Source: Diplonema japonicum (taxonomy: Eukaryota; Protista; Euglenozoa: Diplonemea). From it: a stretch of DNA of 64,000 bases. Position numbers and translations under genes: made by a program. Location: NCBI GenBank assembly GCA_964019335.1, contig OZ025756.1:124001-188000 (forward strand), read 5' to 3'. Shown one piece after another: positions 32,714-43,662 of the stretch (positions are counted from its first letter, which is position 1; each line of letters begins with the position of its first letter). The notes beneath the pieces are model-generated. The model was given only the letters and a program-made list of their open reading frames with translations, made no database searches and was not told the origin of the DNA.

Positions 32714-34831
32714 TTATTCAAACTGTTCCACCCGAGTCATCACCTCCACTTCCAGCAAGCGAAGTGAAGTCCCATCAGGTGCGTCATATGTACCCTTTTC
32801 AGTGAAGCTCATATCTTTTGAAGAAGGCTCAGAAAGAGAGCAGGCATAGTAGCACAGAACACCACATGAAACAGCATCGCTGCACAGTGAACTGCTCACC
32901 ACCACACCAGTTCCAAGAACAGTCATGAACTTCTGATTTCTGTCCCCCACTGTCCCATGAAACATGGTGCTCGTCGACATCCCCACATGGATCGAGGCCT
33001 CACCCCCAAGGCCAGCGGTCATCCCAAGCATCTTCACAAACACCAACGAGTTCTCAACATGTGTGGGGCATGGTTTGGTGCAGTTCCAGCTCACCTGTAC
33101 CTGGTTCCCCTGAAGTGACACCACTGCTCCGTGTGACCTCTCCGTGCACGTCAGTATCTTCGCAAGCCCCGCATTCATCTTTTTCATCACTTCACTTTTA
33201 GACTCGTAGCTCCTTAACGCAAGCTCAAGCTTCCCAACAGTGGCGGAGGTTCTAATTACCTGGCTGAGATAGCTCAGGCTATTGTCTTTGTCGTCTCGAA
33301 AGGATTTTGCCGACTCACTGCGACATATAATCAGTTTCCTGTCCTCTCTCTTCACGAAGAGCTGCTCTTCCACAAAGGACGTCCTCCCAAGAAGGGAACG
33401 GGGGAGGAGAAGGAAGGGGTTCAGTGAGTCACCCACACCCTTCAGTTCAGTCTGCCCCATCGGGATGACAGAGACAGAGTCAAGGGGACCAACAGCCTCC
33501 ATCACCTCAGGAGTGACAGCAACAGCCCCACCCACACAAGCCCCTTCCATCCGAGCAGCCTTGTTCACAGTGTTCCCAAAGTAGTCGTACCTCCCTGTCA
33601 AGTTGTTCAGTTGTACCGAAACATCACCACAGTGAACACCCACACGAACCCTGAGACCACACCAAGGGCCTTCAGCATCCCACGAACAATAGTTAAGTGT
33701 CAGAAGCTCCTCAGGCCACATACACTTCACAAGACGCTCCTGAACAGACAGACCGAACCACACCGCATCAGAAGTACTCTCGAAGGCCACCATGAAAGCA
33801 TCCCCAATGGTCTTCACCTCGTACCCATTGTGCTCAGCGATGCAGTCCCGTATTGCCTTGTTGTGAATCTGAAGTCCCTCCTTCATCCCTTCTGGACATG
33901 CCTCCCATGTTGCCGTCGATCCTTGGATGTCGGTGAAGACAAGGGTTGCTCTCTCAGATTGGAGACCAGGTGGAGGGACTTCAGAACAGTACCTTTTGCC
34001 CTCGCTGTGCATGCTGTGGAAGAGTGCATCGGGGAGGTAGGGGCGGTAAATCTCAAGGTTCTCAACAATGGTTTGGAAGGCATCGTAAAGCGGAGGGGGG
34101 AGGGAGGCTGTTGAGATGATGGCCTCGGCTGAGACAAGATCGAAGCGGGAGAGGGAGGTCGCGATGTCCTCTGTGGCGGCGATCACTTTGTTCATCTTGT
34201 CGTGTTCTTTGTGCAGTTCAGAAGCAAAGCCTCGGGTGAAGTAGAAGTCGAGGAGGAAGATGACAAGTTGTACAATGATGTTTGCAAAAGCAGCCGAGTA
34301 CTGTACCTTACAAGGTAGGGTGGAGCATGATACGACCTCACGGCGCTGCTGTTGAGTGGAAAGAATCGAGAGGTCGAAGAGGCCAAAGCGGTTGGTCTGC
34401 TCGACGAAAAGGATGGTGAACCAGACAATTAGGACTATGATGATGTTTATGGGAACACGCTTAGGGAGGCGGCAGACAAGGCAGACATCTATGAGTATGA
34501 CAAAAAAAGGCCAACCTCTGTTCCCACCGCCCAGAGAAGTACTATGCAAATCGCCACAGATGAAGGAAACACTGACACTGTAAAGAATGAACTCTAGTAT
34601 TACGCTGTCACACCTGCGAATGATAAACAGCTGGTACAATATTGGAAACACAGCAAGAAAGCTAATAAGGCAAGACACCATCTGGGCCTCAACCGGGTCA
34701 TTGAGAAGCATCATGGTGTTCCCAAATATAATGCTCACTGAACCCATCGCCTGAATTTTCTTGATGAAGGCTGTATGTCGGTCGTCGCCCGGCTGTATAA
34801 TATAGCTCAGCAACTTGTCTACGAACATCAT
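32714..34831 (-). CDS. Polytopic adenylate cyclase (MMFVDK subfamily)
   Basis: All catalytic motifs present; start by homology. Confidence 0.93.
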   Translation of the reverse strand: MMFVDKLLSYIIQPGDDRHTAFIKKIQAMGSVSIIFGNTMMLLNDPVEAQMVSCLISFLAVFPILYQLFIIRRCDSVILEFILYSVSVSFICGDLHSTSLGGGNRGWPFFVILIDVCLVCRLPKRVPINIIIVLIVWFTILFVEQTNRFGLFDLSILSTQQQRREVVSCSTLPCKVQYSAAFANIIVQLVIFLLDFYFTRGFASELHKEHDKMNKVIAATEDIATSLSRFDLVSAEAIISTASLPPPLYDAFQTIVENLEIYRPYLPDALFHSMHSEGKRYCSEVPPPGLQSERATLVFTDIQGSTATWEACPEGMKEGLQIHNKAIRDCIAEHNGYEVKTIGDAFMVAFESTSDAVWFGLSVQERLVKCMWPEELLTLNYCSWDAEGPWCGLRVRVGVHCGDVSVQLNNLTGRYDYFGNTVNKAARMEGACVGGAVAVTPEVMEAVGPLDSVSVIPMGQTELKGVGDSLNPFLLLPRSLLGRTSFVEEQLFVKREDRKLIICRSESAKSFRDDKDNSLSYLSQVIRTSATVGKLELALRSYESKSEVMKKMNAGLAKILTCTERSHGAVVSLQGNQVQVSWNCTKPCPTHVENSLVFVKMLGMTAGLGGEASIHVGMSTSTMFHGTVGDRNQKFMTVLGTGVVVSSSLCSDAVSCGVLCYYACSLSEPSSKDMSFTEKGTYDAPDGTSLRLLEVEVMTRVEQFE

Positions 34832-35324
34832 TGTGCCCAATGCCCTGTAGATGAAATTTAATTGTTAAACGTTTTATACTAGGTACTATTACTAAGAAAA
34901 GTGACAATGGAAATGCGACTTGGTCGGCCCTTTCTTCTCACCTCCGGTTTTACCTATCCTTTGAGGCATCTGGGTGCACCTATCAATCAGCAAGCCACGG
35001 TTTTGTTATAACCGGTATCAACTCACCTCAACTTCGTTATTAGTCCTCTTGGACGGCTTTGTGTTTGTGGAAGTTTTCCTCTCTTATTGATGACTGATAG
35101 CTTTTGCACTACTACCTACCTTACGGCGACCCATGTACCTTCTTTGTATTCTAATTAACGTTTGCGACCTGGAACGCATGTTCCTCGCAGTACTCTGTTT
35201 ACGATCAAAGAAAACATGACCGCTACATTGCAACATTTGCTCACATGCAAGAATGAAAAGACATTTGTATCCAGGAAAATAGGGGTCAATATTCCAACCA
35301 ACCAGCCTTGTTGGAAAACAAAGC

Positions 35325-37463
35325 TCAAGGAACAGAACGCTCAAACCTTTTGACCTGAGTCATCATTTCCACTTCCAGCAAGCGAAGTGAAGTCCCATCA
35401 GGTGCGCTACACGTGCCCTTTTCAGTGAAGCTCATGTCTTCCATCGAAGAAATCTCAGAAAGAGAGCAGGCATAGTAGCACAGAACACCACATGAAACAG
35501 CATCGCTGCACAGTGAACTGCTCACCACCACACCAGTTCCAAGAACAGTCATGAACTTCTGATTTCTGTCCCCCACCGTCCCATGAAACATGGTGCTCGT
35601 CGACATCCCCACATGGATCGAGGCCTCACCCCCAAGGCCAGCAGACACCCCAAGCATCTTCACAAACACCAACGAGTTCTCAACATGTGTGGGGCATGGT
35701 TTGGTGCAGTTCCAGCTCACCTGTACCTGGTTCCCCTGAAGTGACACCACTGCTCCGTGTGACCTCTCCGTGCACGTCAGTATCTTCGAAAGCCAGGTAT
35801 TCATCTTTTTAATCACTTCATTCTCTGAACCGTAGCTCCCAAGTACAATCTCAACTTTCCCAACAGTGGCGGAGGTTCTCATAACCTGGCTGAGATGGCA
35901 CACACTATTTTCCTTGTTGTAGGCTCCAAAAGATTTTGTCAATTCACTGCAAAACAAAATCAGTTTCCTGTCCTCCCTCTTCAGGAGGAGCTGCTGCTCA
36001 ACAAAGGACTTCCTCCCAAGAAGGGAATGGGGAAGGAGAAGGAAGGGGTTCAGTGAGTCACCCACACCCTTCAGTTCAGTCGACCCCATCGGGATGACAG
36101 AGACAGAGTCAAGGGGACCAACAGCCTCCATCACCTCAGGAGTGACAGCAACAGCCCCACCCACACAAGCCCCTTCCATCCGAGCAGCCTTGTTCACAGT
36201 GTTCCCAAAGTAGTCGTACCTCCCTGTCAAGTTGTTCAGTTGTACCGAAACATCACCACAGTGAACACCCACACGAACCCTGAGACCACACCAAGGGCCT
36301 TCAGCATCCCACGAACAGTGGTCAACAGTGTCCAAGAGCTCCTCAGGCCACACACTCTTCACAAGACTCTCCTGAACAGACAGACCGAACCACACCGCAT
36401 CAGAAGCACTCTCAAAGGCCACCATGAAGGAGTCCCCAATGGTCTTCACCTCGTACCCATTGTGCTCAGCGATGCAGTCCCGTATTGCCTGGTTGTGAAC
36501 CTGAAGTCCCTCCTTCATCCCTTCTGGACATGCCTCCCATGTTGCCGTCGATCCTTGGATGTCGGTGAAGACAAGGGCTGCTCTCTCAGATTGAAGACCA
36601 GGTGGTGGGACTTCAGAGTACCGCCTTTTGCCCTCGCTGTGCATGCTGTGGAAGAGTGCATCGGGGAGGTAGGGGCGGTAAATCTCAAGGTTCTCAACAA
36701 TGGTTTGGAAGGCATCGTAAAGCGGAGGGGGGAGGGAGGCTGTTGAGATGATGTCCTCGGCTGAGACAAGATCGAAGCGGGAGAGGGAGGTCGCGATGTC
36801 CTCTGTGGCGGCGATCACTTTGTTCATCTTGTCGTGTTCTTTGTGCAGTTCAGAAGCAAAGCCTCGGGTGAAGTAGAAGTCGAGGAGGAAGATGGAAAGC
36901 TGTGTTAAGGTATTTTCTAAAGTAGCCAAGTACTGTGCCTTGCAAGGTAGGTTGGAGCATGATACGACCTCACGGCGCTGCTGTTGAGTGGAGAGAATTG
37001 ATAGGTCGAAGAGGCCAAAGCGGTTGGTCTGCTCGACGTAAAGGATGGTGAACCAGACCACCAGGCCGATGATAATGTTTATGGGAACACGCTTAGGAAG
37101 GCGGCAGACAAGGCAGATGTCTATGAGCATGACAAAAAAGGGCCACGCTCTGCTGTCACCGCCCAGTGAAATATCATACAAATCACCTAAGATGAAGGAA
37201 ACACTGATACTGTAAAGAATGAACTCTAGCACTACGCTTTCAAACCTGCGAACGACAAACAGCTGGTACAACTGTGGTAACACAGAAACAATGCCAACAA
37301 CGCTGAACACAATCTGGACTTCAATCGGGTCGTTGAGTAGGACCATGCTATACCCAATTAAAATGCCCATCGAACCCATCAGCAGAATCTTCTTAATGAA
37401 TACTATATGCCTCTCGTCGCCCGGCCGTATAATATAGCTCAGCAACTTGTCTGCGAACATCAT
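35325..37463 (-). CDS. Polytopic adenylate cyclase (MMFVDK subfamily)
   Basis: All catalytic motifs present; start MMFADK. Confidence 0.93.
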   Translation of the reverse strand: MMFADKLLSYIIRPGDERHIVFIKKILLMGSMGILIGYSMVLLNDPIEVQIVFSVVGIVSVLPQLYQLFVVRRFESVVLEFILYSISVSFILGDLYDISLGGDSRAWPFFVMLIDICLVCRLPKRVPINIIIGLVVWFTILYVEQTNRFGLFDLSILSTQQQRREVVSCSNLPCKAQYLATLENTLTQLSIFLLDFYFTRGFASELHKEHDKMNKVIAATEDIATSLSRFDLVSAEDIISTASLPPPLYDAFQTIVENLEIYRPYLPDALFHSMHSEGKRRYSEVPPPGLQSERAALVFTDIQGSTATWEACPEGMKEGLQVHNQAIRDCIAEHNGYEVKTIGDSFMVAFESASDAVWFGLSVQESLVKSVWPEELLDTVDHCSWDAEGPWCGLRVRVGVHCGDVSVQLNNLTGRYDYFGNTVNKAARMEGACVGGAVAVTPEVMEAVGPLDSVSVIPMGSTELKGVGDSLNPFLLLPHSLLGRKSFVEQQLLLKREDRKLILFCSELTKSFGAYNKENSVCHLSQVMRTSATVGKVEIVLGSYGSENEVIKKMNTWLSKILTCTERSHGAVVSLQGNQVQVSWNCTKPCPTHVENSLVFVKMLGVSAGLGGEASIHVGMSTSTMFHGTVGDRNQKFMTVLGTGVVVSSSLCSDAVSCGVLCYYACSLSEISSMEDMSFTEKGTCSAPDGTSLRLLEVEMMTQVKRFERSVP

Positions 37464-37699
37464 TGTATCCAATGCCCTGTAGATGAAAAGTGAGATGGAA
37501 TGTGGAAAAAGGAGTACAACGGAAAATAGTTTTACGACGCATATATATTTTTCATCTATTGCGTGAAGGACAGGTTCAAGACACCAGATATTCTGACATT
37601 GCTCACATTAGAAAAGCAACCTTTATCCTACGGGTACATAATGCATGAAAAAACTCAAGATTAACCATTGTTGGAAAACAAAGCTCAAAGAACAGAACA

Positions 37700-39865
37700 C
37701 TAATTCAATGAACCGAACCTTTTGACCTGAGTCATCATTTCCACTTCCAGCAAGCGAAGTGAAGTCCCATCAGGTGCGCTACATGTACCCTTTTCAATGA
37801 GGTTGATATTTTCTATCACAGAAATCTCAGAAAGAGAGCAGGCATAGTAGCACAGAACACCACATGAAACAGCATCGCTGCACAGTGAACTGCTCACCAC
37901 CACACCAGTTCCAAGAACAGTCATGAATTTCTGCCTCTTGTCCCCCACTGTCCCGTGAAAAATGGTGCTCGTCGACATCCCCGCATGGATCGAGGCTGCA
38001 CCCCCAAGGCCAGCGGACACTCCAAGCATCTTCACAAACACCAACGAGTTCTCAACATGTGTGGGGCATGGTTTCATGCAGTTCCAGCAGACAGCAACCC
38101 TGTTCCCCTGAAGTGACACCACTGCTCCGTGTGACCTCTCCGTGCATGTCAGTATCTTCGAAAGCCCGACATTCATGGTGAAACCCACTTCGCCGCCTGA
38201 CCCGTAGCCCCCAAGTACAAATTCCGCATGGCTAACAGTGGCGGAGTTGCTGTGCTGAAGGAGCTTCCGAACGCCTGACTGGTGGCTGATGGCGCTGTCC
38301 TCGGTATCACATCTTGCGGAGGAGCGCATAGTTGATGATGAGTTGGGTGCCTCATCGCTAATACATGTCCTGTCCTCCCTCTTCAGGAGGAGCTGTTCTT
38401 TCAAAAAGACTGTCCTCCCAAGAAGGGAATGGGGAAGGAGAAGGAAGGGGTTCAGTGAGTCACCCACACCCTTCAGTTCAGTCTGCCCCATCGGGATGAC
38501 AGAGACAGAGTCAAGGGGACCAACAGCCTCCATCACCTCAGGAGTGACAGCAACAGCCCCACCCACACAAGCCCCTTCCATCCGAGCCGCCTTGTTCACA
38601 GTGTTCCCAAAGTAGTCGTACCTCCCTGTCAGGGTGTTCAGTTGTACCGAAACATCACCACAGTGAACACCCACACGAACCCTGAGACCACACCAAGGGC
38701 CTTCAGCATCCCACGAACAGTGGTCAACAGTGTCCAAGAGCTCCTCAGGCCACACACTCTTCACAAGCCTCTCCTGAACAGACAGACCAAACCACACCGC
38801 ATCAGAAGCACTCTCAAAGGCCACCATGAAAGCATCCCCAATGGTCTTCACCTCGTACCCATTGTGCTCAGCGATGCAGTCCCGTATTGCCTTGTTGTGA
38901 ACCTGAAGTCCCTCCTTCATCCCTCCTGGACATGCCTCCCATGTTGCCGTCGATCCTTGGATGTCGGTGAAGACAAGGGCTGCTCTCTCAGATTGAAGAC
39001 CAGGTGGTGGGACTTCAGAGTACCGCCTTTTGCCCTCGCTGTGCATGCTGTGGAAGAGTGCATCGGGGAGGTAGGGGCGGTACATCTCAAGGTTTTCAAG
39101 TATGCTGCTGAAAGCGTCGTAAAGGGGAGGGGGAAGGGAGGCTGTTGAAAGGATAGCTTCGGCTGAGACAAGGTCGAAGTGGGAGAGGGAGGTCGCGATG
39201 TACTCTGTGGCGGCGATCACTTTGTTCATCTTGTCGTGTTCTTTGTGCAGTTCAGAAGCAAAGCCTCGGGTGAAGTAGAAGTCGAGGAGGAAGATGGAAA
39301 GCTGTGTTAAGGTGACCACAAGGGAGTCGGCGTACTGTGTCTTGCAAGGTAGGGTGGAGCATGATGTAAACTCACGGCGCTGCTGCTGAGTGGCGAGAAT
39401 TGAGAGGTCGAAGAGGCCAAAGCGGTTGGTCTGCTCGACGAAAAGGATGGTGAACCAGACAACCAGGCCGATGATAATGTTTATAGAAGCACGCTTAGGA
39501 AGGCGGCAGACAAGGCAGATGTCTATGAGTATGACAAAAAAGGGCCACGCTCTGCTGTCACCGCCCAGTGAAATATCATGCAAATCACCAAAGAAGAAGG
39601 AAACACCGATACAGTAAAGAAGGATCTCTTGAGTAACCGCGTGATATCTGCGAATTACAAACAGCTGGTACAACTGTGGTAACACAGAAACAAGGCCCAT
39701 AATGCCTATCAGCACCTGGATCGCAATCGGGTCATTGAGAAGCACCATGCTGTATGAAAGTACAATAACTATCGAACCCATCAGCTGAATCTTCTTGATG
39801 AATACTATATGTCTCTCGTCGCCCGGCTGTATAATATAGCTCAGCAACTTGTCTACGAACATCAT
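37700..39865 (-). CDS. Polytopic adenylate cyclase (MMFVDK N-terminus, different interdomain linker)
   Basis: All catalytic motifs present; linker resembles that of the 54836-56980 copy. Confidence 0.93.
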   Translation of the reverse strand: MMFVDKLLSYIIQPGDERHIVFIKKIQLMGSIVIVLSYSMVLLNDPIAIQVLIGIMGLVSVLPQLYQLFVIRRYHAVTQEILLYCIGVSFFFGDLHDISLGGDSRAWPFFVILIDICLVCRLPKRASINIIIGLVVWFTILFVEQTNRFGLFDLSILATQQQRREFTSCSTLPCKTQYADSLVVTLTQLSIFLLDFYFTRGFASELHKEHDKMNKVIAATEYIATSLSHFDLVSAEAILSTASLPPPLYDAFSSILENLEMYRPYLPDALFHSMHSEGKRRYSEVPPPGLQSERAALVFTDIQGSTATWEACPGGMKEGLQVHNKAIRDCIAEHNGYEVKTIGDAFMVAFESASDAVWFGLSVQERLVKSVWPEELLDTVDHCSWDAEGPWCGLRVRVGVHCGDVSVQLNTLTGRYDYFGNTVNKAARMEGACVGGAVAVTPEVMEAVGPLDSVSVIPMGQTELKGVGDSLNPFLLLPHSLLGRTVFLKEQLLLKREDRTCISDEAPNSSSTMRSSARCDTEDSAISHQSGVRKLLQHSNSATVSHAEFVLGGYGSGGEVGFTMNVGLSKILTCTERSHGAVVSLQGNRVAVCWNCMKPCPTHVENSLVFVKMLGVSAGLGGAASIHAGMSTSTIFHGTVGDKRQKFMTVLGTGVVVSSSLCSDAVSCGVLCYYACSLSEISVIENINLIEKGTCSAPDGTSLRLLEVEMMTQVKRFGSLN

Positions 39866-40058
39866 TGTGCCCAATGCCCTGTAGAAAAAAAGTACAGTGG
39901 AAAATGTGGCTCTATCACCACGACGCTGCTTGTTGGAATCAAGGTTCGAGAGCAAAGCACACCGTACGGAACGCATCGCAACATCCAATTAGGCTGATGT
40001 CTTTAGATGTCTCAGGTAAGAGGGCAGGCACAGGCACAGTAAGAGAGTAGAGTGAATC

Positions 40059-40110
40059 ATCGACATACCCCCAAGGTCAGCGGACACCCCCTGCATCTTC
40101 ACAAACACCA
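40059..40110 (-). pseudogene. ~50-bp relic of the cyclase second domain
   Basis: tcgacat...ccccaaggtcagcggacacccc...gcatcttcacaaacacca matches the paralogs. Confidence 0.7.
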
Positions 40111-40705
40111 TGGGGCGGTTATAACAAGATCAAGGCGGTGAAGGTGCCACGTCAGTTACGCCAAGTTCGAGAAGAAACAAAAACAAACTCAAATTAACAT
40201 GCAAACTCCTAAAGCGAAAGCCGCATGCCCTAAAAAGGGGGTATGGTCAGTACTAGGTATCTCTCAGTTTCGATCTAATCTTGCGACTCCTCCAAGTGCT
40301 GATCTCTTCAGGCAAGTAGCACCCTTCATTGGCTCCGGAGAGTACGTTTCCCGACCACAAACAAAAGAAGGGAGAAACCCCGGCTCGCTGGAAAACAAGC
40401 TCAAGAAAATGGAGATGGAAAGAAGAAAAAAGACTTCTGTGATAAATGAACCGCCTAGCGTACGAGCAACTACTCATCCACTCCAGTGGGTGTTGCTTCT
40501 GCTCTGAAGGTAGGGTGGTCCGCGACAAAGAGAAAAGAAAGAAGAAGGGTGTAAAAAAAAAAGGGAGGGAGAAAAAGAGGGGAAAAAAAAAAAAAAAAAA
40601 AAAGGCGAAGGTATCAAGATAAACCATCAGGGAATTAACAAGAAAACTCGATCCTCTATGTTAGAAAACATCAGAATAGAATACTCGTTTTTTTTTTTTT
40701 TTAAA

Positions 40706-43643
40706 GGGAAAAACACTGTTCACGGTAAGCAAATAACTTTTTTCCGCCGTTTCCTTAAACCTAAAATCTTTTTTCTGCTAAGTACGGCAACCTGTAACCA
40801 CAACTTTTTTTCCACCGTTACTGTAACCACCAGGTATTTTCCTTATGCAACTAACAAACTTTTTTTCCACCATCCACGGTAACCTGTATCATTATTATGC
40901 CGATTAGGGTTTGGGAAAGAACCGGCATTTTTATGCCTGATTAGGGTTTGGAACTTTGAGGAGTGACTAACCCCACCACCCACCAGTTGAGAAATGGGGG
41001 TTCCTGCAGGTTGCAGCATTATGCCCGACCTTTCTGCAGTTGCTGCACATTCTTCCCCTCTCCCTTTTCGCCGGCTTGCCTATTTGTGACATTGTCACGA
41101 TTGGTGGCCTGAGGCCATCCTTCCCGTTTTCACAGGCATAGGGCGGGGGGGTGGAGAAGTACATCAGACGCCATGCAGAGACCTTGAGGTTGACGTGTCG
41201 TTTGAAAACCTTGCGGGCCACAGCGCAGATGTGGGCACAAGGTATACCCAAACCGAAAATGCAAAAAAAATCCGAAATTTCGAAAAACTAAAAATGGGAA
41301 GGTTACTAAGAATAGGAAGGTTTCATGGGAGGGTGGAAAGAAAGTTATGGGCTACCGTACTTGGTTGGAAAAAAAGTTCCAACATACATGGTTTAGTGGA
41401 AATAAGATTAGGTTACCGTGGATGGTGGAAACTTTATTAAAAGAGATGAGATAAAGGAGGTTCTTGTCTTGGAACGTCCCCCTTGTCTCTACTTATCTAC
41501 CTTTCTCCCTTCTGGGGCCTCGGCCTTTCTTTCTTTTTTGGCTGTGTTGCCTTTCTCAAAGTATCCTCTCTTTCTTCTTGCCACTTCCTGCCCAGTTTCT
41601 TAAGGTCCTTCTTGGTTTTCTCTGATGCAAAAACTGGCCTTCTGTTCCATCCCAGACTGATGGTTCTAAGCGCGTGGTTCTTCTGGCTCTCCGCTGGGAA
41701 AATCCGCTTGCCTCTGACCTTCTTCTGTATGCGTGTTGTGTCCCACCCTTCTTGGATTCTTTCCAGTAGGCCGTGGAAACTCCGCGCCTTCTTCTGTATC
41801 ATGGCTAGATCACCCTTCTCACCCTTCTTCCCCGTGATCGGCTCGACGCCCAGCGTGTTCTCGAAGTCTAGTACGAGTTCCATCGTGGTGACTGTCGTCT
41901 TCCTCGGTCCATCGTACCACTTCAGCTTTCTGAGCCACTTGACGGTGTCTCCGTGCTTCATCATCAGGCTCCCGCTCACATGCTTCCTCAGCTCCTTCCA
42001 TTCAGGTGGCGCATGAGCGTTTCCTTCCGTTATCTGTTCCCAGGGGTGCGTCGTGTACGTTTCTAGCATTCTCTTGTCCTGGAGAAGCTGGTCTCGTTTT
42101 GCCACCACTTCCAGCAGGTAGTCCTGCGTCTTCCTCAGCAGGTGTTGGTGTGATCGGTGACCACGCGGAGCGTTCCATGTAGCTGCATGCAGATTGGCAT
42201 TTCCGTCTTGTTGGCCACTACTTATGCATGTACTTCCTTCTGTTGCACCTCTTTCGCCACACTGCGTTCCCATAGTGCGTGTCGTAGCATGTTGCTCTCG
42301 TCCTCTTCCGCACCGCACGCGTCGCATGTGACCTCGTCTGTTGTTGGTCTCTTGTTCACACGCTCGTGTGTCTCGTCCCCTTCCTCTTCCGAGCTGTCCT
42401 CGCTTTCGCTCTGCTCGCCCTCTGGGGGACCCGTCTGGTGATGTTGTCCTGGTAGCACGCCTTTGGGTGGATGTAGAAAACCCCTCCCGCCACGATCCTC
42501 CGGAGGTCTCTCGCTGCCATTGCTCCTTGTGGTCCGAGTCTCCTCAGCTCTCGCCACAGGTCGTTCGTGCGTGGGTCTGCGCCCCGGTCTAGCCCCTCCA
42601 TCGAGCGTCTTCTGTCTTGTATGTGCTCCGCACGTCCCGACCTTAGCTTTTCTCGCACTATATGTGCGAATTTGTCCTTGTTCTCAGCTAGCATTTCGGT
42701 GAACTGCCCCCAGTTCGTGCTGATCTTCGCGATCCACCGCTTCATCGCGTTGCCTATCGGGCCCAAAGGTGTCGTTCTTGTCGGGTCCTGGTACCCTTTG
42801 GCAAGTCTCTGGCACCGCTCCCACACCTCTCCCAGTTTTTGTCTCGTTCTGTATATGGCTGCTAGTGCTCTGTAGGGCGCTGCTACCTCTGGGTCGTGTG
42901 TACAGGTTTGACAGCACCGCCGCTGGTGATCTTGTTCTGTACCTCGGTCCCCACAAGGCGTATGTCGCGGTTGATGTGAGTGATTTGAGGTATCCTTCCG
43001 ACGGCGGCGCGAATGCAACATCATACAGACAGCTGGGTAGCACCGTCGTTCTCAGGACTTCCGCTTTCTGCCAGAACGAGAGCTGAGTGGTCGCGAGCCT
43101 CCGCAGCGTGTCGCCCGCCGCCCTGGCCCTGATGTTGTCCGTCTGCGTCTGACCATCCGTGCGTATCCTCGCCCCCAGGATCTTGATCTTGTTCGTAGAC
43201 CGCAGCTGCCTTCCTGCTACCTTTATCTCTGGTGCCTTCCCTCCTGCTGCGAAGACTTCTTCGTGTTGAGCTCCATGCCAACTATGTCGCAGAACGCGGA
43301 TGCACTGTCCGTGGCTTTTTGTAGTACTTCTGCTAATTTCGCCAACAGGTATGCGTCGTCAGCATACGACAGAGTCTCCGCTCCCGTTCGTTCCTCCACG
43401 CTCCTCATCAAGACCGCTAGTGGAGCGTTGATCATGATCATGATGATGGAGATTGCAGGATTCCGTTCGTGGTTGTGAACTCCTCGCCTACTATTAAAAA
43501 AAAATCGTTTTGGTAGAAAAAAAGTTGTGATTACCGTACTTGGTGGAAAAAAAGTTCCAAGTTACCGTGAACAGAGGTAAAAATTCTGCTTACAGTACTT
43601 GGTGGAAAAAAGTTATTTGCTTACCGTGAACGGTGTTTTTCTC
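40706..43643 (-). mobile_element. Mutator (MULE)-like DNA transposon remnant with a nested LINE
   Basis: ~40-bp TIRs (40706-40748/43601-43643) with subterminal repeats. ORF 40967-41251 has GIPCAH (end of a SWIM finger) and a CSNCRKVGHNAATC zinc knuckle, as in MULE transposase C-termini. Confidence 0.8.
41443..43491 (-). mobile_element. 5'-truncated, frameshifted non-LTR retrotransposon (LINE)
   Basis: RT motifs SYADDAYL, GMELNTKKS and IKILG; C-terminal CDACG...HALWE zinc-finger-like motif; flanked by a tattaaaa direct repeat (41435-41442, 43492-43499). Confidence 0.85.
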
Positions 43644-43662
43644 TTTTTTTTATCATGTTTGA

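Noticed and set aside
24027-39865. Cyclase copies as retroposed mRNAs
   Set aside because: They keep sequence upstream of the putative splice acceptor, lack poly(A) tails and TSDs, and their spacers show eroded homology, which fits DNA-level tandem duplication.
20827-40410. Recurring 3' motif as a CRISPR array or integron attC sites
   Set aside because: Eukaryotic context, kb-scale spacing tied to gene ends, and no cas or integrase gene.
40900-40955. Telomeric repeat array
   Set aside because: Only two isolated ttaggg units, inside a transposon.
41443-43491. Reverse transcriptase inside a variable gene array as a diversity-generating retroelement
   Set aside because: The RT is a truncated, frameshifted LINE type with a TSD; there is no template/variable repeat pair and the variation is not adenine-specific.
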